Source of the DNA: the human T2T-CHM13v2.0 reference genome, Homo sapiens
DNA: 64,000 bases
Assembly (NCBI RefSeq): GCF_009914755.1
Contig: NC_060939.1
Strand: one strand, 5' to 3'
Of this stretch, positions 52,304 through 64,000 are shown piece by piece; the first letter of the stretch is position 1, and the number at the start of each line of letters is the position of its first letter. The position numbers and the translations under genes were made by a program. Below the pieces are notes generated by a model that worked only from the letters and a program-made list of their open reading frames with translations, ran no database searches and had not been told where the DNA came from.

Positions 52304-53260
52304 AGATTAAATGTTAGCTCTAGAAAGGTTTTTGCTTTAAACAAATTAAGTATATTAAAATCTGTATTTAAACAAAAAGATAAATGAGCAGGCAGTTATT
52401 CATTTTACTTTAGAAATATCTGATGTAGGAAATGCATTTTAAAAGCTAACTTCCATAACCATCTTTTATATTAGTTAAATTAATACAGATTAATCAATAT
52501 CATATTCATATCATATTCATGAAAATGTGAATGTGTAGACCCTGCCCTTAAAAACGAGCATACAGGTGTAAAGAGATATGCTCTGAATTATTTGTTTTAT
52601 GAAGACATATGTATCATTTCCCCAAAACTAAAGCTGCCACAGGATGGTGTGTTATAAACCATTATGGAGCATTTTATTTCACAAAGGATTAAACCATGGA
52701 AAAATCCCAAGGCTGTAAAAAGATTTATGCTAATTAGGCACTGAATTTATTAGTATAGTCTCTGTTTTTCCCTTTATGAGCCGATTTCAAAGTCACTGAT
52801 AGGCTTTCTCATGACTTACATGGTAAGCAGCCACTTCTCTATTTTTCATACACCTATTTTCTCTTTCTTGCAGTAGACAGTAGAGCAGTGAAAAGGACAC
52901 TGAACCAGAACTCATATAACAACGATCCTCTACCTTACTATCCATGAAGGAGGCAGGTGACTGATCTCGGAATCATGACCAGAAGCAACTGTGCCTTGCT
53001 CTCTTTGTTGCAATGTAAAGATAATAATACCACAATGTTGGTGGGACATAACTGTTATTATGTTGTTCAGCCTGCAAAGAAACAATCAATCCCCAAAAGT
53101 CCTAAAGATTAAATGTTAGCTCTAGAAAGGCTTTTGCTTTAAACAAATGAAGTATATTAAAATCTGTATTTAAACAAAAAGATAAATGAGCAGGTAGTTA
53201 TTCACTTTACTTTAGAAATATCTGATGTAGGAAATGCATTTTAAAAGCTAACTTCCATAA
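52304..53260 (+). repeat. 155-bp direct duplication of unique DNA (52304-52458 and 53106-53260)
   Basis: Manual alignment gives 4 substitutions and no indels; offset 802 bp. Confidence 0.95.
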
Positions 53261-54965
53261 AATGTTCAAAGTACAATTTAATTGGCAAATATTGAATTCA
53301 AATGCACCTATAGCAAGGTCTGACATACAACTGCATTTTAAAACCCACTGAGGGGCTTTGCATGCAATTTAGGCTAATTTGATAAAGGAATAGTACATCA
53401 AATTGGACTTGATTGTTCTGAATCAACTGTCGGTCAGTGTCATTTACATGAAGTTGGTCAAATAAAAACCAAAACTATCTTTGGCTTGGAAAGAGTGAGA
53501 ACTTCCCACTGCTGCTTAAATTGGAAATTAACCAGTTGGTCAGCAAAATGGTCTCATTCTTGAGCTTGACTTCCATGATGAGAATGAAATGTGTCTCTTG
53601 GTTCAGAACCCTTGCTTTGGTAGCTAGCTACACAGCGAAATATGCCAAGTGCACACTGGAGTGTTTCTGTCTCTTAGCACCATGAATCAAAGCCCTTTCT
53701 GTAAAATGCTCTTGGAAAATAAACGGTGGAGCTTCCCTCTGAGTCAGAGCTGGTGTGGGGGATGACATTTTGGTTTTTACTTATGTGTTTGGAGCATGAA
53801 GCCAGATTTACATTGGGGTTGGTTTAAATTCTGTAAGTCATCTCTAAAGAATAGTATTCGTGGTACTAAGTACCTATTCACTACAAATAGGTACAAACCT
53901 ATTCACTAATATGCATGTATGAATGTATAATGTGTGCATCATTATACATTAAACATGGTTTGGAATATAATAAAGAAGGTTGTTGAGTAGGAAAAATGCA
54001 CTGCTTTAAACTCTGCAATCACTCATAGAGTAGTAAGAGTTTCACACAGAAGATATAAAAGAGCTGAGAACAACAGTGGAAACAGTGGGTTCCTATGTCT
54101 CATCCTACACTCTCATTGACTGGATAGGGGGCAAAAGTCTCCCATGCTGCTTATGTTATTCTCTCTCTCTGATGAGCACAAATGATGTTGCTCCACAATC
54201 TGCACTTTCTTTTCGCCTTTCTAATGGTCTTCTTACCTGCTTGCAGAAATTCAGCATTATAATGTTGTATTTTTAAATAGAATATTCTAAAACACAATGG
54301 TGGAGCTTGGTGAATTTTACATTCTTCCCCTTTCTTGTACAAATACAGTTATCAGGTCCTCTAGAGTCCTATATACATCAGATAGGGAGTTAGAAGGTGA
54401 CATTCATTGTAAAGAGATGAGGGTTGATGCACTGGAAGCAGAACTGGATGCCACAGCTTCACATTCCATTTGAAAACCCTTAGCTTTCTTCTTCAAAGCA
54501 AAATGCTTCCTTTTAAATGGTTCATCTGCCACTGCAGTGACATGCCACTTGGTTGCAGCATCTCTGGGAAGACTAGGAATTACCACCACCATCAGGATAC
54601 GACCTGTGCCACTGCATCACACTTGTGTGGTTTTCCTAGCAATAAAAGGCAACAATCTGGATGTTGATGTCAGAATGGATCTGCTAGTATTCCAGAAACA
54701 TTATTAGGTTTACATATACACACTAAGTACATATTTAGTAAATTAAAAATTATGTAATAAATGAAAATAGGTTGAAACACATAAAGTAGTTCAGTTAATT
54801 AGCTCTTAATTAATAATTGTTGTCCGTAATTGCCAATATAAACTAGGGGTTATAGATGTTTGCATTTTGAATAGTTCTTCTATCTTTATTCTAATATCTT
54901 TTGTAGAACCAAGCAAGATAAAATATAAGAAATTATATATGTTTAAAAATATATGTGGGTATATA

Positions 54966-55765
<800 letters not shown>

Positions 55766-55994
55766 TATGTTCAATTCAATGTTATTTTAGTGCTTGCATG
55801 TCATGTAGCTATAAGTGCAAAAATATTTAAGTGTCTCACCTGTACAGATATAATTAATTCCTAAAGCATACAGAGCATCATTTGTGGTAACTTAGTCTGT
55901 GGCGCCATTCTTTTCATTGATTAGTCACAATTCAGGATAATTACAATAACTTAACTCTCAGAAACAGTTTGCTCTTTGTAAACCTTTGCATTTC

Positions 55995-56161
55995 TTTAAA
56001 AAATTTTGAGATGGGGTCTCATTATGTTGCCCAGGCTGGAGCACAGTGGCTATTCACAGGCACAATCATAGTGCACTGTAGTCTTGAACTCCTGGGCTCA
56101 AGCGATCCTCCTGCCTCAGCCTCCCAAGTAGCTGGGTCTACAGGCATGAACCACCATGCCC
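55995..56161 (-). mobile_element. FAM (fossil Alu monomer)
   Basis: Monomer retaining the 7SL-derived gtggctattcacaggc segment that dimeric Alus lack; TSD ttgcatttc. Confidence 0.85.
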
Positions 56162-56439
56162 TTCTACCCTTGCATTTCATAAAGATTCTTATAATAAAAG
56201 TGATCCTCCTGCCTCAGCCTTCCGAGTAGCTGGGACTATAGGTGTTAGCCACCATGTCCCGCTACTTTTGCATTTCATAAAGACTTTTATAAAAAAAATA
56301 CTTTTATATTATAAATGCAATTTGTTTTGAATGTATGAAAACTATTGCTTCTAAGTGCTATGATAGGTATTTAGATTTGTTTCATCCATTAGTTGTAATG
56401 GACTTAGTCTGGGTCTAAATCTGTCCCAGATTTCTGGGA

Positions 56440-57490
56440 TCAGTACAGAAACTAGGGCTATTTCAACAAGATACTTTAAACAATCTAGCATGTCCAAATG
56501 TGAACTTGTTACCTTCCTTACCAAACATATCTTTTTCACCTTGGGAAATGTCAACTATCAACTCAGTTGTCCAAAGCTGTAGAACTGGGTCTTACCTTTG
56601 TCTCTTTTGTCTTACTTAGCTCCTTCTTTTCACCTCATTCCAGGCAGCCAACAAATCTTGTCATTTCTAACACCTTAAAACCACTTAAATATGCCTATTT
56701 CTCTCTGTTGTTTTACTTTTTTCTAAATATAGGCCACTGTCATTTGTATGCTGCTTTGATGTCTGCAAAGCCTCCTAACTGGTCTCCTCAACTCCAACCT
56801 TCTTCTTCAATCCATCTGCCACACTTCAGCTAGAGTAATCTTTTCCTAAAATGTATCTGCCTTTTTTTTTTCAAGCTCCTGCATGCTTAAAATTATTCAA
56901 TGGATTCTGGTCTAATGTCCAAACTTCTTAGCATGACTCATCAGGCCTTACAGAGTCTGTCCTGTATCTACTTCAACCAGCTCTGCATGCCCCACCCCTC
57001 ACTCATTGCTGCAGCCATGTCGAATTAACAGCAATTCTTTCAGCTCTCTCTTCTCTCTAACCTCAATTTTGGAATTCTCTGTTCCATTGATACAGAAGGT
57101 CCTGCTCTAACTCTACTTGGGTCAATCATGTCAATATTCCCAGAGGTTAGACTTATCTTTTACTGGGGAAGTCTTTGCTGACCATCCCTTGGTCTCTGAA
57201 TTGCACTGGTATGCCCCGTCACACCTATTCAGCATTCAACAAATATATCATGTGTCTTCCCTATGCCAGGTGCTGGTTTAGGTGTTTATGATATGTAACT
57301 GAACAGAACCATGAAAATCCTTGCCTCCATGGAGCTTGCATTCTTCCAGTGTTATCGTGACAATTTATCTCACTACTGTCCTTATTCTCTCTTCCTCCCT
57401 AGATAAAGGCAGTTACTCTCCTGAGATTATTGTATTATCATGATTGGTACAATGTCCAACCAGTAAATATTCACTCAGGGAATGAATAAA
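56440..57490 (+). mobile_element. L2 LINE remnants
   Basis: agcatgtccaaatgtgaact; gcctcctaactggtctcc; tagagtaatctttt; ends in gaatgaataaa. Confidence 0.7.
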
Positions 57491-58900
57491 TTGAGAAAAT
57501 GGGAAGCAAAGAAATGCCAACATATTATCTTTCTTTTATATTAGATCATTATAATTTTTTTGAAGCCACGGAAAACTTGCTTAGAAGTAAAAGAATTTAA
57601 GCCTTTTATTTTAGTTGGGAATTTGATGAGTAGACATATGAACATGTCTTCAAAATTATATGTAAGCCTTTCTCTCTCTGAATTTGCTTTCAATCATTGA
57701 GTCCTTTTATAACCTCTTTTAATTTCTAGGCCAATCTGCCCATTTCTGACCACCTGAGTCTATAATAGAAAAATCAGTATCAGTGATGGAAAAATCAGAT
57801 TCAGAAACAGAAAAACTAGATGGTCCTCTGAAACAAAAATAAATTGAACACTAGGATTGAATATACAGTTTCTATAGGCTTGAGGTTACTTTGAGAGAAA
57901 TGTTTTTCTTGCAAACCTAACAGTCATACTGAATTCCTAAACTGTGTTTCAGAATTCAAAGTAAAAATCTAGAAGACACGGAAAGGGTTTTTAATATTTT
58001 CAAAGCTCCTTGAGTTCCTTTTTCTCTAGGGAGAAGGGAGACCACAGTAATATTCTGGTATTCAAAAGAATACATCAGATGGACTTGAAAATTTAGGAGC
58101 TAATTACTTTCAAGATGATCTCAGGAAAAATTAAGGTGACATGTAGAGGTGGGGTGTCTAATATCATCATGATTCCACAATTCCTTTGCAAAACAAGTAT
58201 GATGTATATGTAATTTAAAAAATATGTGTATCTCTTACCTGCCTTCTAAACATACACATATTTATTTAAACATCTGTATTTATGTTTTCATCCTCTTAGA
58301 TACTTCATACTTACATATCTATGCTATTCTTTTTCAAAGCACTGTTGGTTGTTTCGTTTTTGTAGAGATCACAAGTTCACTTGATATTAGTGACTTATAC
58401 TTTCCTCTGCTTTGTGAGTGTAGGTAATAGCCTTTTTGTATACCAATTTGCTTACACTGCAGTTTATGCTGGTAATACTGTACATTGCCTGACCTCTGAA
58501 TGGAAAAATAATAACAAGTTAAAACAGTCATTTTACCTGAAGTCGATAAGGCCATAACACTCACCCTGTTTTCAATTCACATGCTCAATTTTCATCCACT
58601 CACTCTCGACTTTGAGAGGAAGGAATAATGACAGGTTACAGGCACTTTATTTCAAAATTCACTCACAAAGTTATTGACAAGCATTTTTCACAGCAACAGC
58701 TCTTCTCTGTGACCCTCGTGAGCTGTTTACATGAAAAATGCTCTTCCTTGTAGATTAATGAGAGTGGAACCTAATTCCATACCAAACATGTAGCAATTGC
58801 CTTAGCATCTCTGTTTTTGATATGGGAACAAAAGTAGGGATAATTTGCCTCAAATTGCAGTTGCTTCAGTCATAATAAAATCTCAGAGAGTACTGTTTGC

Positions 58901-59038
58901 TTTCAACTTTCATTAGGTAAGCTGGGGCTGTTATTAAGGTACCAACACATAAATGTTATATTAGCACTTTTTCAACTTTCATTAGGTAAGCTGGGGCTGT
59001 TATTAAGGTACCAACACATAAATGTTATATTAGCACTT
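58901..59038 (+). repeat. Perfect 69-bp tandem duplication
   Basis: 58901-58969 is identical to 58970-59038. Confidence 0.97.
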
Positions 59039-59782
59039 AACAGAAGCATTGCATTCTCCTCTAGGAGATAAATTCTACCCTTGTCAATATAATTCCACAC
59101 TGAACGCAGTAAAAGAGCTTGAAAAGATGAAATAGTGAAGCTTTGCACACAAAAAATAAATTCCTTGTTCATTCAAGCTTAAAGGCCATTTCGTTGGCCC
59201 AGGGTACTAGGGTACTGTTTAGAAAATAAGTCTGAGAGAAACTCTCTCAGGTCAAGTCAAACGTGGAGAAAAACTTTCAGACATGTTCTCTTTGTCTGAG
59301 GTTGTTAAATCAGTTACTTTAAATTTCTGCATGCCTTCAACTGGCATTTCAACTGTGAAGAGATAATAACAATTTAAGGTTAAGATGGAGTTTATTTCCA
59401 GACTTCAAATGATGAACATTGTGTGTGAATCACTGTATATACAATACCCACACATTTTAATTTTTTTGTAGGATGCTAAGCACTTTTAAAATGTAAGGTA
59501 TTATGTATAGTGTTGTGATGGAGCTGCTGAAATTAAATCTTTGTTTATCCTTACTCTTATCACTACGTCTTTTAGGTACTCATAAAATAACTATCTCCAA
59601 TTTAAGGCTAAGAAAAGTGCTGCCCCACTTAACAATATGAGGGCTATTTATTCTATAATGGAAGAAAAGGAAGAAAAGGGGCATCCAAGAGGTTGGCTAT
59701 TGCCAGGCCTAACTTTTATCTTTTATCTTCATTCCCACCTTGTCAGGGTTTTTATCTTGCCATCATTCGACAGTTGTAAGGT

Positions 59783-60233
<451 letters not shown>

Positions 60234-60530
60234 CTAAGACATATGATTAGAAATAGCAGCGTACGGCATCTGATTCTATCTAAAGATGTTGGTGAAGACT
60301 GCTTAGCTTAAAGTTGTACTCATAGAATTGATTGTATTTGTATTTGCCAATGAATGCTACTATTCCACTAAACTAGGAAATAAATAACTGTCATTCAGCC
60401 TTTCCCACAAGGTTAATCCATTTCCACCAACCTCTCCTCATATCCCTTGCATTCTGGTAATCTGAAAATGGCCTGTAAATGCTTACTATGGCTAGACTTA
60501 TGGAGAAAAGAGGTGTTAAGTACATTTCTA

Positions 60531-61317
<787 letters not shown>

Positions 61318-61540
61318 TCAATACATATATATGTTGTATGAAGATCAGATCAGGGTATTTAGCAGGACCATCACCTCATGCATTTATCATTTCTTTGTGG
61401 CATAAACAAGTTTTAAAATAATATTTTTGTTATATAACATCTATGTGAACAAAACAGATATTTCCTTTTCAAGACTAAATTGAAACAACTTTTATTCCAC
61501 AAATAATTCTTCAAAAAATAACTTTTTGGGTTTCATATAC

Positions 61541-61916
61541 TGTATTAGTCTGTTCTCACACTGCTAACAAAGATATACCTGAGAGTGGGTAATTTATAAA
61601 GGAAAGAGGTTTAATTGACTCACAGTTCCACATAGCTGGGAATCTATCACAATCCACCTCAAAATCATGGCAGAAGGCAATGAGAAGCAAAGTCATGTCT
61701 TACATGGCAGCAGGCAAGAGAGGGCATGTTCAGAGGAACTCTCCTTTACAAAACCATCAGATCTTGTGAGACTTATTCACTGTCACAAGAACAGCATGGG
61801 AAAGACCCGCCCCCATGATTCAATTACCTCCCACCAGGTCCCTCCATGACACATGGGAATTATGGGAGCAACAATTCAAGATGAGATTTAGGAGAGGACA
61901 CAGCCAAACCATATAA
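61541..61916 (-). mobile_element. THE1 (THE1C/D-like) MaLR solo LTR
   Basis: tgtattagtctgttctcac ... gacacagccaaaccatat; 5-bp TSD tatac. Confidence 0.93.
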
Positions 61917-62233
61917 TATACCAACAGTTTAATATCCTGGCAAATATTGTATACAGAAGTTTTTTTGTTGGCTTCAAGAATTAGAAAGTATTTTTGTGTG
62001 TGATATGTGTAATTAAAAATTAAATATATGGTCAGAGCCAGAAGCTTCTCAACTGTCATTAAGTGCAAATTCAAATATACCTTTTAGAGGTATCAGGGGC
62101 CTACCATTTAATTAGAGTAAATACTCAACTGTAAGCTTTTGAATAACAGAGAATACATCCAACATATTTTTGTACCCCAACCAGCTAGTATAGTACCTAG
62201 TACCCAATAAGTGCTCAATAAATGTGTTATGCT

Positions 62234-62546
62234 GGCCGGATGCGGTGGCTCACACTTGTAATCTCAGCACTTTGGAAGGCCAAAGCAGGTGGATCACCTG
62301 AGGTTGGGAGTTCGAGACCAGCCTGACCAACATGGAGAAATCCCATCTCTACTAAAAATACAAAATTAGCCAGGCATGGTGGCACATGCCTGTAATCCCA
62401 GCTACTCAGGAGGCTGAGGCAGGAGAACGGTTTGAACCCAGGAGGTGGAGTTTGTGGTGAGCCAAGATTGCGCCATTGCACCCCAGCCTGTGCAACAAGA
62501 GCACAACTCTGTCAAAAAAAAAAAAAAAAAAAAAAAAGAAAAAAAA
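62234..62546 (+). mobile_element. AluSp
   Basis: ctgaccaacatggagaaa diagnostic, full dimer, long A tail. Confidence 0.96.
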
Positions 62547-63699
62547 TGTTATGTTAACATTTTTCTGGAGGACAATTTACATCAAATTTTAAAATGCTTA
62601 TTCAATTCATCCCCCAAAATTCAAGTTTAGAAATTTATTAGAAGAAAATAATTGGAAATGTCCACAAGAAAATAATTGGAAATATATAGGATGTTTATGT
62701 AGATAATAGCAAAAATTGTTAATAATGAAAATATCCAAAAAGAGTCAAATACATTACAGTATATTCCATAATAAAATACTGTTCAACTATAAAAATCTAT
62801 GTTTTCATTTAAAGAACATTTACTTGTAAGGAAAAATAAAACATTATGTGGGAGAAAAGGCGGTTCAAAGACTAGAAGCCTTTAAATACATACATAATAC
62901 ATGTGTGCACTTATATTCACATATATGTGCATACAGATAGAAATGAGACAGGAAATATTACCTGTTGTGAAGAAAATACATATGTTTCTTGCAAGCCCCT
63001 GCTGGCTTGTAAAGACAGGGGATGCTAGGATGGCCCTTTGTTTACTGAATGGGGTGATACTTGTGAGAATGAGATGAGAGGATGGGAGACAAGACCAGCT
63101 CTATGCTGCAAAACTAAGGAGTTGATGCAGTTGGTGTTTAATAGGAAGTAGATGCATGGCAAAGAACAGAAGTCTAATAGAGATTTTCTACGGTTTTGCT
63201 GTGTAGTATGTATTGTATTTCTTCTCCTTTGTCTCCTTCTGAAAACGTCAGCAAAATTTTCATTTTTCTCTTGTACTTGTAAAGATAGATTTGTTTTGAG
63301 GAGGGGTGAGCTGACTTGCATTCAGGGGCAAAAAGCAAGGCTCTCTCTGGGACCCAATCCCTTCTAATGATCTAACGAAAGAATATGCATGAAAATATTA
63401 AACATTCATTAGCTTAAATAGAGAGAGAAGGTGACTGTCATTTCTCTGTTTGTACTGTAATAGATTTTTCCAAATTTCTGCCATGAATATACATTACTAT
63501 ACTCTGAAAAAAAGTGATTAAAAAAATAAATTGATGTCAAATGAATAAGTGAATAAACTCATTAATTAATTAAAAATGGCATTGTAGAGAAAAACAATGT
63601 ATATCCTCACATAGTAATTGCACTAATTTACACTAAATGTAAGAAAATCAGAGCCTTCCTTCAGTTTTGGTTGCTCCTTGAAATAAGACAGTTGGTTTT

Positions 63700-63703
<4 letters not shown>

Positions 63704-63748
<45 letters not shown>
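63704..63748. repeat. (CA)n microsatellite
   Basis: About 22 perfect CA units. Confidence 0.98.
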
Positions 63749-63752
<4 letters not shown>

Positions 63753-63810
63753 CCAGTGGGTTCCACAATGCCTAATTAATTAAAAGATGTATTTGCCTAC
63801 TTTGCTTACT

Positions 63811-64000
63811 TGCCCAGGCTGGCACACGATCATGGCTCACTGCAGCCTTGACCTCCTAGGCCCAAGCGATCCTCCCACGTCAGCCTCCCAAGTGGCTGGA
63901 ACTACAAGTGTGTGCCACCATGCCCAGATAAGTTTTTTAACTTTCTTTTTTCTTTCTTTCTTTTGTAGAGACAGGGATCTTATCATGTTGCCCAGGCTGT
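63811..64000 (-). mobile_element. AluJ, partial (runs off the window)
   Basis: gatcatggctcactgcagccttgacctcc...aagcgatcctccc. Confidence 0.9.

Overview
AT-rich primate (human-like) genomic DNA with no recognisable intact protein-coding exon, so probably intergenic or deep intronic. The one gene-derived feature is a full-length, minus-strand processed pseudogene of PRELID1 (about 4361-5585). It is disabled by a 4-bp frameshift and a late nonsense codon and sits inside an old L1M 3' fragment. The rest is typical interspersed repeat (about 16 Alu/FAM, several L1 3' ends, L2, MIR, MaLR/ERVL/ERV1 solo LTRs, MER5, MER6, MER58, Tigger4) separated by unique non-coding DNA. I see no evidence for a new multi-gene system. 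The most unusual signals are structural: (1) a triple target-site duplication with an orphan 25-nt polyadenylated mini-insert at the pseudogene 5' junction; (2) CpG retention in the retrocopy 5' end; (3) a 15-bp inverted repeat enclosing a complete splice acceptor; (4) a cluster of local duplications at 52-59 kb. Repeat family names and the PRELID1 comparison come from my recollection of consensus sequences, not from a search. Boundaries of old repeats are approximate.
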